The notes under the pieces were generated by a model. That model searched no databases and was not told where the DNA came from. It saw only the letters and a program-made list of their open reading frames with translations. A stretch of 64,000 nucleotides of DNA from Flaccisagitta enflata (lineage: Eukaryota): positions 22,444,001 through 22,508,000 of the forward strand of contig OZ231126.1 of the NCBI GenBank assembly GCA_965153355.1. The letters run 5' to 3'. How positions within the stretch are numbered: the stretch's first letter is position 1; each line of letters begins with the position of its first letter. The position numbers and the translations under genes were made by a program. This document shows positions 28,023 through 41,675 of the stretch, one piece after another.

Positions 28023-30300
28023 TAGGGGGCGTAAGCCAAGCTGCAAGGGGATGAAAAAGCCCGCTCAAAATAGATTTTCAACCTTATGAATAAAGTAATG
28101 ACGCTGAATAAAACTGAGGAAGTCAAAAGTCTTCAGCGTTACTAGTTTAGATGTTGTACAAACTTTTCTTTCTAAAAAAAAGGAGTAAAAAAGAAACACT
28201 TATCCTACGTCTATTTTTTAAAACGCGCTTCCTCCGACTTCAGAGTTCACCTTTCAATGTATCATTGCGCGCCAAGAGAGAAAGACAAACTGACAAAAAA
28301 CAAAAAATAAATGGACAAACAGATACAGTGATACACGGGCAGTGCATTGTTTCACTTAAAATGGTTCAGCCTGAATGCAGCTGTCAATGTTACGCAATTT
28401 TGCGCCATGAAAAAGATGTTCCTGTAAGAGCTGACGCGCGTGTGTAACTTACTACACTATAGTGAGACAGCAATGATGACAAGGTAATTCGTACCTTAAA
28501 AATCACCTTTACATACGTCCCCATGCGAGTGAGGAAGTAGATCTACAAAGAAAACTGAAATATCGTCCAAACATGATGAGTGACATCAATGAAAAAAAAG
28601 TTGACCGTTATTGGGAAAAAAATCGAAAAGCGTTTTTCGATTTTTTGAGTTCCGAATGATAGTTACGACTTACGATCATATGATGGATGAAACTAAGGAG
28701 AGAGACAATTTGAGAAAGTTGAGTCAGAATTAGGCTCGCCCGTGGCTGGGGTTGAAATTGGTACAGGGTGATAGAGGGCACTTTTTTACACCTTTTGGAA
28801 GAAAAAAACAGGACACTGTAGGACCAATACTTTAGGCGCTATGAATTTTTTTATCTTTTTTTATCTTTTTACATTTTCCGGATTTTTCTCAAAGATCTAT
28901 ATTTTTCATTGATCTCAATTTTGGGCCCTAAGTAACAACAAAAATGAGTTCAGGAGAGGGCATAGGGAGGGTGGGTGAAGGAGGGAGGGAGGGAGAGCGT
29001 AGGAGGGAGAGGGAGGGAGGGAGGGAGGGGGAGGGAGGGAGGGAGAGGGAGAGAGGGAGGGAGGGATGAAGAGGGAGGGAAAGAGGGAGGAAGGGAGGGA
29101 GAAATAGAGGGAGAAAGGGGGAGGGAGAGGGAGGGAGAGAGGGGGAGTGAGAGAGGGAGATAGGGAGGAAGAAAGTGAGAGAGGGAGGGAGAGAGAGGGA
29201 GAGGGAGGAAGAGGGAGAGAAGGATGAAGAGAGAGGGAGAGGGTGAGTGAGAGAGAGGGAGAGGCAGGAAGAGGGAGAGGGAGGGAGAGGGAAGGAGGGT
29301 GAGGGAGAGGGAGGGGCAGAGGGAGGGAGAGGGGGATGGAGAGAGGGAGGGTGGGAAGAGGAAGAGAGGGAAGGAGAAATGGAAGGAGAGAGGGAGGGAG
29401 AAAGGGAGGGAGAGAAAGAGGGAGAGAGGGAGGGAGCAAGGGAGGGAGAAGGAGGGAGAGAGAGGGAGGGAGAGAAAAGGAGGGAGAGAGAAGGAGAAAG
29501 AGAGAGAGAGCGGAAGGAGAGAAAGAGGGAGGGAGAGGGAGAAAGAGGGAGGGGAAGGAGAGAGAGAGGAGAAGAGAGAGAACAGGTCATGGGCAATATG
29601 TAGTCAGCGATACCCGTTGCCCTGCTTTGAGGGGAAGCAGGAGCGGCCTTTAAAGGGACGAGTCACATATGTTTCTATGGGGGACTTTGTTATTCCTACC
29701 TGAAAAGTGGAGAAGAGATACTAGAGGCGGGCAGAAAGGCATTCAGGACCTAACTGAGGTCTAAGAAAGCTGATAAGGCCTGAGAAATGCAAGTGGAAGC
29801 TGAAGGCTGACTTGAGGCAGAGAGAGCTGGATTAAGGCTTGGAAGAGGCCAGAGGACTATGATTTGAAGCCTGGGGCAATAAATTGAGGTTTAGATGGCT
29901 GATTTGAGGCCTAAGAGGCCAGGCCTAATTCGAGGCATGAGAGCCAGGTTTGAGCCTGAGAATTTCGTTGAGGCCTGAAAGCCAGATTTGAAACTGAAGG
30001 CAGATGGAGGCCTGAGAGCCAGATTGAGGCCTGGAGGCTGGATTTGAGGCCTGAGAGGCCAGATTTGAGGCCTAGGGGGTCTGATGAGGGAGAATGGACG
30101 GATGAGCAAAAGTCCCCACCATGTTCTACAGGACTTTACTCCCCTTGTTTAACTCTTAAAGCAGAAAAACAAATCAGAGCCCATGAGGAATGTAGATGCT
30201 GGCATATGGCGTGATGCTACTTTCTTGCAGTCAGTTGAATTCAAATTCAGAGCAAAACTTTAAGTGTTGCACGCGACAAGCAATACTTTTTCAAGCCCTA
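28023..30300. mobile_element. Non-autonomous DNA transposon with TAGGG...CCCTA ends and 7-bp TSD (hATw-like), inserted in the IF exon; carries nested insertions
   Basis: TSD TTTCTTG at 28016-28022 and 30301-30307. Segments 28050-28610 and 30175-30300 are collinear homologues of 35670-36240 and 36685-36815. Confidence 0.8.
28960..29582. repeat. ~620-bp almost pure purine (GGA/GA) low-complexity tract
   Basis: Direct reading; lies within the 7-bp-TSD element. Confidence 0.9.
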
Positions 30301-30470
30301 TTTCTTGATGTCAATTTCCAAGGCAGCGCTTGGAGCTTCGGAATAGGCGCCTCCAATTGAGACTTGAAGGCAAACTTGAGACTGTTACTTCCTGTTGATG
30401 TACTGGGAGAGAATGGGTCAAAAAGAGGAGAGGAAAATTGCAGCATGAGGAGAAGAAGAAGAAGAAGAAG

Positions 30471-31158
30471 AATAGTCGCAAAAGCGTTAGATGGTCAGCG
30501 GTACCCGTTGCCCCTATATGAGTGTATGTGGGTATGAGGTGGTTAGTGGGGCAGCGGCCCCGAGGCCGATGACCTATGCTCAGCAAGTTTCCGGGATTCA
30601 GGCCCCAAGGCTGGGATTTGAGTCAGAGGCTTGGATTTGAGCCTGGAGGCTGGGATTTAAGCCTCAAGGCTGGGATTTGAGCCTTGAGGCTGGGATTTGA
30701 GCCTTGAGGCTGGGATTTGAGCCTCGAGGCTGGGATTTGAGCCTCGAGGCTGGGATTTGAGCCTCGAGGCTGGGATTTGAGCCTCGAGGCTGGGATTTGA
30801 GCCTCGAGGCTGGGATTTGAGCCTCGAGGCTGGGATTTGAGCCTCGAGGCTGGGATTTGAGCCTCGAGGCTGGGATTTGAGCCTCGAGGCTGGGATTTGA
30901 GCCTCGAGGCTGGGATTTGAGCCTCGAGGCTGGGATTTGAGCCTCGAGGCTGGGATTTGAGCCTCGAGGCAGGATCACAGCCTCGAGGCTGGGATCTGAG
31001 CCTGGAGGCTGGGATCACGAGCCTCGAGGCTAGGAAGATGAGCCTCAATGCTGGAATATAGTCTCCAAGAGGACAAAGAAGATGGAGGAGGAGAAGGAGA
31101 AATTTCTGCATATGTGAAAGCATAGGTCAGCCCGGCCTTAAGGGCCGCTGCCCAAAAA
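30471..31158. mobile_element. HINE-like element with long internal IRs enclosing a 20-bp minisatellite
   Basis: IRs GGGCAGCGGCCC...GACCTATGCT (30549-30580) and AGCATAGGTC...GGGCCGCTGCCC (31119-31153). Relatives at 29581-30146, 31180-31855, 31860-32468, 32736-32850 and 42100-42320. Confidence 0.7.
30605..31030. repeat. 20-bp minisatellite (GCCTCGAGGCTGGGATTTGA)n
   Basis: About 20 units, perfect over 30721-30970; each unit contains the 12-bp palindrome AGCCTCGAGGCT. Confidence 0.95.
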
Positions 31159-33090
31159 AGAAGAAAAGGAAAAAGGAGCTAGTGCAAGGGGGCAATATGT
31201 AGTCAGCGATACCCGTTGCCCTGCTGTGCATGATTGTGAATTTGAGGTGAGGAGGCAGGGCAGAAAGCGACCCCGAAGGGGCAGAAGTCTGTAGGAACAC
31301 AGGGCTTTTGTTGCGTCCGTTAGGTCAAATCATCCGTCTCTGTACAGGCTGAATTCCAAATCTAGAAGGGAATACAGTCTCATATAAGGCCTAAGAATGC
31401 CAGTTGGGAGCTTGAGAGGGCTGACTTGAGGCTTGAAAGAGCTGGATCAAGGCTTGGAAGGCCATGGACAACTGACTTGAGGATCAGATAGCTGATTTCA
31501 GGCTTGAAAGGCCTAATTTGAGGCAAAAGGTTGGATTTGAGGCTTAAGAGGCCAGATTTGAGGCCTGAGAGGCCAGATTTGAAGCCTGAAAGACTGAATA
31601 AAAAGCCTGAGAGACAAAATTTGAAGCCTAAAAGGCCCGAGGATTTGAGAGCCTAGAGGCTAGTCTTAAGGCCTGAAGGCATAATATGAGCTTGTAGGGG
31701 TCTAGTTTGAGGCCTCAGGAGCCACATTTTGAGGCCTCAGAGGCCGGGTGAGGCCTGAGAGTGCAGGGGAGGGCTCGCGCACGAGACGGACGGGACGAAC
31801 GAGAGTCCCCCTGTGTTCTACAGGACATCGTCCCCCTTGGAACCGCTGCCCAAGAGAAATAACAAAGCGTTACATAGTGTAATTACCCGATGTCCTAAGA
31901 GATTAGTATATGTCGGAATGAGATTATAAGAGGCATTGGCCGGAAGGCTCGACCTATGATCTCCATAGGACAATTTTCTCTGGTTTGAGAAGCTGGTTTG
32001 GAGAGCTGAGAGAATTTGCAAATTTTGGCTCTGAGTCCCAGTTGCCTGGTGTGAGAGCGTGGTTTTGGGGTCAAGGGGGCTTGATTGATTACAAAGGCCT
32101 TATTTTGGTCTGAGGGGTCTAATTTGGTCTAAAAAACCTGACATGGGGTCTGAGGCCTGATGAATCTGAGAAGGCTAATTTGGGGTCTAAAGCCTGATCT
32201 GGGTCTGGGAAGCCTGATTTGGGGTCTGAGGCCTGATTCGGGTCCTGGGAGGCCTGACTTGAGGGTCTGAGAAGGCTGATTTGGGGTCAGAAAGGTCTGA
32301 TTTGGAGTCGAAAAAGGCTTGTTTAGGTCTGAGCTTTATTTGAAGGCTTGGGGAGGATACCTAGGACTAAGACGGGCGGACCGGACGGGGAGCGAGCGAG
32401 CAGACCGGAGAAAATTGCCCTATGTAGAATCATAGGAGTCATCAGCCCCTCGGGGCCGCTGCTAAAAACAAGAGGAAGAAAGGAAGAAAGAGTAAGAGAA
32501 GAAGAGGAAGAAGAAGAAGGAGAAGAAGACGAAGAAGAAGAAGAAGAAGAAGAAGAAGAAGACGAAGAAGAAGACGAGGAAGAAGAAGACAAAGAAGTCA
32601 AAGGAGACAAAGAAGAAGATCCTCACAGCTGACTACTGCGCGTTTCTGTCACAGATAACCGCGTTTTAATCGTTTTATAGTCGCATGCTACGCCACTCTA
32701 TATTCTGCTTTGTCGGTTGGTCGGCCGGTCCCCCTTTATTGAGCAGCGGCCCTAAAGGGGCCGATGACCCTTGCTTTTATACATAGGGAAATTGCTCCTT
32801 CTCCTTCTCCTACATCCCCCCGCTGCTGCCCTGCTCCCTCCATCAAATTAAAATTAAAATTTTGAGCTTTCTGGGATAGCTGCTCCTGCCCACATGCCCC
32901 ATTGACCTTTTCTTTCACTGTCCCTGCCCCCCTCCACGCGACTGGAGTACCCGTTTATCCGGTCTTGTTAACAGGCTACTCGCACCATTTACTCTGCTTA
33001 CCCGCTCCGTATTACCCTGCTCGCTCCATTCACGGGCTCCCTTACTTCGCTCACTCCTATGTGGGATGGTGATGGTTTACACAGTTCACC

Positions 33091-33192
<102 letters not shown>

Positions 33193-33430
33193 ACTTGTCA
33201 TCGGCATCTTTGATGATCCGTAATTGTCCCACGTAACTATTGCAATCGAGCTTTGCTTATCATCCAATACATTTCCAGAAAGACAAAGAAGAAACAAGAA
33301 TGAAAAAAAAAAGAAAAAAAAAAAAAACTAGACGTGTCTGCGCCTTGGTTCAACATCTGTTAACGGAAAATCTATGATGCAATTTTTCCAACGCTGCATA
33401 GTACTAGTAGGGAATTAATGTACGGTATGC

Positions 33431-33440
33431 NNNNNNNNNN
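33431..33440. other. Assembly gap
   Basis: 10 N. Confidence 1.
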
Positions 33441-34156
33441 TCTCTCTCTCTTTTCTCGCGCGGGCCACGCGGAACAAATTGCTTTCAAAACCGGCATCTG
33501 AAGATCTGCAGATTTTGTGTGTTTGGCGGTTTTCCTGTTTAATTCTGGAAGTCTTTTTTCCTTTTTTTCCCTGTGTTTTTCCTGTTTAATTCTGGAAGTC
33601 TTTTTCCTTTTTTTTTACTCCAATCGGTTATCTATCATAAACGCGCGCGAGTGAAAAAGAAGAAGAAACATTGGACATCCGATCTAGACAGATCCAATCG
33701 AACTTGGCAACAACAACAACAACAACAACAACAACAACTCTGAACAAAACACCCAAACTCTCCTTTTGCCAGGAACAAAATTCTAAGTTAACAAGGCCAG
33801 ATACACGGCTAGACCCAAGCTAAGTGCAGTTGAGCAGGGGCTGTGATTAAAAAGGGCTAACCAAGCATCTGGGCGGGAGCACTAGTGCAAAAACTTACCC
33901 TAGACGCAAAAGCAAAGAGCTATCGACCCACTGACGGACCAACCAATTACCAACGGCTCGACCTCCTAACGACAGACAGACCAACCAGTAGACCGACCGG
34001 CCGACATATTCTAGAGTGGCGTGCACGCTCCTAAAAACCCGAGTAACTTCTCGACTTTTGGCAACGGAAAACTAATATGAAATCTGGATATCATTTACAG
34101 ATAATATCTCTGAGAAAAAATCATTGAAACCACCCACGCCAACACCACCTTCCACC

Positions 34157-34205
<49 letters not shown>

Positions 34206-34206
34206 A

Positions 34207-34258
<52 letters not shown>

Positions 34259-34737
34259 GGACAGACACATCGAGAGCATAGGCATGAACTGGGACGGCGA
34301 CAGAGAGAAAGAAAAAAAGAAAAAAAAAAAGAGATGCTAAAAGAATGAATGAATGTCTGAGATAGAAATTAATATCGGCGGAGAGACTGAACGTTGATTA
34401 AATAAACAAAAGCCGGTGACCCGAACTGAGAACTCGATAACAGATTCTTGTTACTCTAATCTGCCTGTCTGCATGGCTGTATAGATTAAGCAGCATCCCC
34501 AGGGTCCATCAATGATCATCGCGTCAAGTGCTTCAGCGAGGATGTCTTTAATGCGTCTTCGTATCTCTATGAGAGGGTCCGTCCGTTGGTCCGTCGATTT
34601 GTCTGTTATACCTCTCCTTAAACAAGTTGCCCGCCCGAGATTGTAAGGCGCTGTCCTCGCATCTTTCAAACAAGGCCGAAAATCGATCTACAGATGCGTC
34701 CTTTACGCTCTCTCTCTGCTGAGCTTCTTATCGCTCA

Positions 34738-34832
<95 letters not shown>

Positions 34833-35282
34833 TCCTGTTTGACTTCACACTAAAAAAAACGCATCGGATAGATGGATCGACGGATCGACGGACCGACTGA
34901 CTGACGGACGGACAAAGCCTCATATAGTGATGCGAGGACGAATCTAAAAAGAAAATTTCAATCATAAGTCGGTCGATATGGATGGTCAGTCCGTTGCTTT
35001 CGCTTTCCTTGCGATAAGATGTAATTTTATTTCATTCAACCATTCATCCATACATCTACCGTCAGGGTTTATCAGAGGAAGTTGCATCATTGGCCCAGCG
35101 TCATGGTCGCTTGCTTAGCAGTAAGGTCTTCGTTGAGAGTCACAAGTTCTATGTCCCATGAACTCCAGCAATGATATTGTTCTGTCAGAAGCGACTAACC
35201 TGTCGGTCCTATTCTATGAATTCCAGTGACATGGTATTTCTTCCAGCAATGAGTTTTTTTGATACACCTGAAAGAGACCCAC

Positions 35283-35440
35283 CTGCTCTAAGAACTCCAG
35301 CGCTATCGTCCCCTGCCCAGCTATGAGATCGTCGTTGTCGTAAATGACGGCAAAATTTCGTTCTTGAGACACTTTTTTGACGGCGGCTTTTCGCGACTCG
35401 ATGGAGGCTTCGCACCAAACAAGCTCAGGCCCATAATCAG
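35283..35440 (-). pseudogene. SRR: Serine/aspartate racemase next exon
   Basis: ttgcag|CT GAT TAT...GAG CAG|gtggg. It joins the 38052 exon in frame (G+CT=Ala) to give ADYGPELVWCEASIESRKAAVKKVSQERNFAVIYDNDDLIAGQGTIALEFLEQ, compared with SRR AYGASIVYCEPSDESRE...IAGQGTIALEVLNQ. It is not in the supplied ORF track in this frame. Confidence 0.85.
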
Positions 35441-35649
35441 CTGCAAATTGTCGATGAAAGGAAAAAAAATATCTCTGAAGATAATTAACTGTTCTGCAAT
35501 TTTTCCCTTTGCATCACTAAAACTCAAACAATGATCTGCATACTTCTAGTTGACCTGTTTAACTGTGTGTGACTGTGTAAGTTTGTGATATGAAGTTTTA
35601 ATCTGGATGAATGTTTGGCTTATTGATGCTAGATCAACAGGCAATGTTG

Positions 35650-36815
35650 TAGCCGGCGAAAACAGCGACGTTAAAAAAGCCCGCTGATGGTGGATTTTCA
35701 GCTATCTGGGTAAAATGAGGACGCTGAATAAAACTGTGGAAATCAAAAATGTTCAGCATTACTGGTTTAGATGTTTTACATACTTTTCTTTAAAAAAAAA
35801 GTAAGAAAAAAAAGTAACACTTATCCTACGACTTTGTTTTAAAACTCGCTTCCACTGAGATTTCTTCTAAGTCAGAGTTGACCTTCCAATGTATCATTGC
35901 GCGCCAAGAAAGAGAGACTGACTGACAAAAAAACAACAAATAAATGGACAGACAGATACTCAGATGCGCAGACAGTGCATTGCTCCACCTAACGTGACTC
36001 GGACCATATGCAGGAGGCTGTGTCACGCAATTTGGCGCAGTGAAAAGAAATGTTCTGGGGATAGGTAACGCCTGTGCATAACTCACTACAGTATAGCAAG
36101 TCAGCAACGATGACAAGGAGAATTGCACCTTAAAAATCACCTTTACATGCATCTTCATCCGAGTAAGGAAGTAGATCTAGAAAGAAAAATGAAATATCTT
36201 CCAAACCTGATAAGTGACATAAGTGAAAAAAAGATTGATCGTTGTAAACATGAAATGCTTTAGGTTGAAATACAACTTGATTGTCTGCTCTATAGTTGGG
36301 CTTTCTGTCCCCGGACTTTAACTCTGAGCGCAATAACAGGATATAGTGTCTAATATCATGTCAGTATTAGTAATGTTGGACCAATTGGGTCACGTTCGCA
36401 ATGACAATCCGTGTCTTTTGTTTTTAAGTGTTTTTAAGCTGGTAATGTTTTAGGGTTAGGGATGGGGTGGCTTTTAGGGTTAGGGATAGAGTAGGGATTA
36501 GGGTGAGGGTGAGGTGTGGGTATGGTTTTATTTGTTTTAGCTCGAGTAAGCTTGAATTATAGATTTTTCCTAGTGGGGAAAAACAAGTGCACCCGATTGA
36601 ATTACCAAACATGACCAAAAATGGTCATTGCTTTGATCTACTGTTTCTCCGACGCCATCCAAAGCAGATTTTCAAGCTCTTTCAATCAGAGCCCCCACTG
36701 GCGATGCAGATGCTGGCATTAGGCCGTAGTGTTGCTTTCTTACACGCAGTTGAATTAAAATTCAGAGCAAAACTAGAATTGTTTCAAAGGACAAGTAATA
36801 CTTTTTCAAGCCCTA
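35650..36815. mobile_element. Second copy of the 7-bp-TSD element, in the racemase intron
   Basis: TSD AATGTTG at 35643-35649 and 36816-36822; TAG...CCCTA termini; internal homology to 28023-30300. Confidence 0.75.
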
Positions 36816-37861
36816 AATGTTGCCTTCCTTTTCTAAGCACATGAATTGGAATTTGAATCTAAGGGAAAAGCTTCAAGTGTGCTGTTATGGGTGAAACCAG
36901 GTGCAAAAATTGTTACGTTTCTGACTTTCATTTAACAAGTCTAGCACACAGGACTTTTGTTACAGGTGGTTGGGTGTGGGTATCACTTTAGAACTCCAGT
37001 GCAACACCTTAGAACAAACTTCGTAAAAAGGCTATTATTCAACCATCATGGACGGACCAACCGACGGACGGACCGATGGATGAGCCGACCAAAAACTGAA
37101 TTGTCATTTCAATTTCACGCCCCTTAGCCATTCGATCCTGCTAGCAGCTAGAAACTCAATATGCTCAATATTTGAATGATGGAAATCATGGCACTATCGT
37201 TTATTCATCTCGTTTGATTAATCCAGTAACATCGTGACTAGATGACGGCTGGTCTGTCGGTAGGTCGGACCATCTATTTTCAATTTTAAGCGACTTTTTA
37301 TTGAATGTTTTCCTCCATCCTCATTGTGACCCAGTCAACAAAAGGTATAAGAGAGATAAAAAAATTATCCCGACCGTCTGACACTGATTTTGGCCTTTCG
37401 ACCCTTGTCCTAAAACAGTCTTTTTTCCAGGCACTGACTGAAAAGGGTGACTTTAAGCCTACGGCCGCGAAGGATGTTAATAAACACGGAGATTGCCCTT
37501 GAGTCAAGCATTTCTAATGAGTGTACTCAATCACTTTGAAATATTACAAGAACGCAGATCGATAATAAAAAAACCATCAATGAACCTCGTTACGGAAGAG
37601 TTCAACTCCTCACAAGCATTTTTCCCGTTAATTGATGCATCGCATGGAAAAACAAGGCCGGATACACGAGTGGCACGAATGCGTAACTACCGATTTGGGA
37701 TGAGAGTCAACGACACTCTAATATATGGTAACATAACTAGTAGTATTTGTCATAACATCACATTTACTTCTGGCACCTTCACAGCATTGCAATAACTTCA
37801 ACTCCAATCGATGGATGGACGGACAGACCAACGCATCATGTTACATATACTAATAGTAAGG

Positions 37862-38013
37862 ACTATACTATACTACAATATACTATACTATACTATACTA
37901 TACTATACTATACTACAATATACTATACTATACTATACTATACTATACTATACTATACTATACTATACTATACTATACTATACTATACTATGCTATACTA
38001 TACTATACTATAC
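37862..38013. repeat. (TATAC)n pentanucleotide microsatellite
   Basis: Direct reading; in the racemase intron. Confidence 0.95.
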
Positions 38014-38051
38014 TAATAGCAAGGACTCTTATTTTCCGTCACATTTCTCAC

Positions 38052-38216
38052 CGATGACTTGAGCCTTGGCCTTCGAGGCTCCTTTATGAATGACGACGAC
38101 GCTGGGATAACCGGCTATCGAGGCCGCCCAACCGAGAGCCATTCCATTGTTGCCGCTGCTCTCCGTCATCACACCGGCAACACGCGATGACGAGTCGGTT
38201 TGAGCCTCATCTCGCT
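38052..38216 (-). pseudogene. SRR: Serine/aspartate racemase (PLP-dependent, serine/threonine dehydratase fold II) exon; gene probably disabled or incompletely assembled
   Basis: ttccag|AG...ATCG|gtgag (phase 1-1). Translation VAGVMTESSGNNGMALGWAASIAGYPSVVVIHKGASKAKAQVI matches serine racemase AVVTHSSGNHGQALTYAAKLEGIPAYIVVPQTAPDCKKLAI. Confidence 0.8.
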
Positions 38217-38852
38217 CTGGAAGAAAGGTGCAAGGTTGAGATGGTAGCATGTAAATCTAAGGGATGGTGTAACAGCGTAATTCTGCTCAACATTATCGTG
38301 CTATTGGACGCTTAATGCCCACTGAGCCACTATTAGTCTAGTATAGGTCGTACCTAAAATTGGACAGGTGAGTATATGAGTGGAAGCATATACTATACAG
38401 GAATAAGTAACTTTTTGATATTTTGTTTATCTTTAGATATTCAGTTGATTTTGAAAAAAATATTTTTCTTCAAGTTTCTGTACGATATTTTTTGTTGCAC
38501 ATTTCATGGCTTGAATTGACAAGAAAATAAATTGAGTAAAATTTGGAACATTTATCGATATCTGCTGAAATGATGATCTCTCAGCATGACGGCCCCTGCC
38601 CAGCCGTAATTCAGCTCCCGCCCACTAAGATACTGCTCCCGCCCCATCGCCATACTGCCCCTGACCATTCCCATTGCTGCCCCTGCCCATTCGACGACGA
38701 CTACTTATTATGTTCAAAAGTAAAATTTTTCGGAAGCAGAGGAAAGGTGAGAAAAGTAAGATACAAACAAAACGAAACGACAGAAGAAAAAAAAAATCCT
38801 CAAATAGCAAAACGGTTTTTAGGACAGGAATGACAGGTGAAAAACATATCCT

Positions 38853-38903
38853 ACCACAGAACGACACGTAAAAACCCGTGCCTTAAAACGCCCCAATAAT
38901 TTT
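38853..38903 (-). pseudogene. Probable degenerate racemase exon carrying the PLP-lysine motif (G-x-F-K-A-R)
   Basis: The minus strand reads a polypyrimidine tract, a mutated acceptor (ttgg), then GGGGCGTTTTAAGGCACGG (GAF/KAR needing a 1-nt shift) and ...GTG|gtagga. It sits in the expected order upstream of the SSGN exon. Confidence 0.45.
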
Positions 38904-39257
38904 CCAAAGTAGAAGAAGAAGGTGAAAAGAAATGGGTTAGATAGGTGGTTCCTTTGAGATCTAGGAAGAAGCGCAACAGTATCGGCAGGAAAAAGGGTTA
39001 AAATAAAGAGCATTAAGAGGACATGAAGTTAAAGACTTAAAGAGGGAAAGATGATGTAAGGATCGAACTCATCGAAGAGAATAGCATGAGGCCAAATTGC
39101 AGTCTACTTGAGGACTAATGAGAGATGATACCGGCTCGTAATGTAATGAGAAGACTGAATGCCCTGCCAGATACCTAATCTTACAATCTTTTGTAAATAT
39201 TCGTGTGTATCTAGTTTTCCTAAAAAACAAGGTCAAGAGACCATAGTCGCATGCTTG

Positions 39258-39267
39258 NNNNNNNNNN
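39258..39267. other. Assembly gap
   Basis: 10 N. Confidence 1.
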
Positions 39268-39300
<33 letters not shown>

Positions 39301-39451
39301 ACTTCTTCTTCTTCCTCGTGTTGCTCCCCGGATGTAACTGCTACTTTTGATCTTCTTTCCAACTTCACAATGAAACATATGAAACAAGGCCGGATACACG
39401 GCCAATACCAGTCGCGGACGGGTGGGCAGGGCCGGAAATGCGTGTTTCAAC

Positions 39452-41675
<2,224 letters not shown>

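Larger units (their letters stand above)
26425..30402 (-). pseudogene. Intron-containing lamin-type (long coil 1B) intermediate filament pseudogene/fragment
   Basis: Segments 30402-30301 and 28022-27853 (one exon split by a transposon) read AALEIDIKKWRAEAEAIAVKITRVEANNAALTKHLAAAEAELASLTERLNAALAAK. Exon 27741-27577 reads KLQESLKGLREHYNARAAALKAELQAMYKAQLQ (coil 2). Exon 26622-26425 reads ISALLLQINEL...LEKEMAGRDVKHAAAIALK. All have AG/GT boundaries. Disablements: frameshift in 30402-30301, TE insertion, phase mismatch between the 27853 donor and 27741 acceptor, and no coil-1A or YRKLLEGEE exon found. Confidence 0.8.

Noticed and set aside
28023-28126. N-terminal part (..LAYAPY) and apparent acceptor of ORF 27803-28126
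   Set aside because: Lies inside the inserted transposon; the true exon continues at 30301.
30623-31123. Repetitive ORFs (SRLKSQPRGSNPSLEAQIPA)n and a CRISPR-like look
   Set aside because: Translation of a 20-bp minisatellite; no unique spacers and no cas genes.
34451-34545. ALDAMII as the next racemase exon (LDA...GGGG)
   Set aside because: Lacks the glycine loop and a clear acceptor; too weak.
36449-36520. Interstitial telomere (TTAGGG)
   Set aside because: Short and degenerate, inside a transposon.
39150-39215. TRIFT...LAGHSVF as an upstream racemase exon
   Set aside because: Faint similarity to TPVLT...LTGRNLF only; no FKCE motif or splice support.
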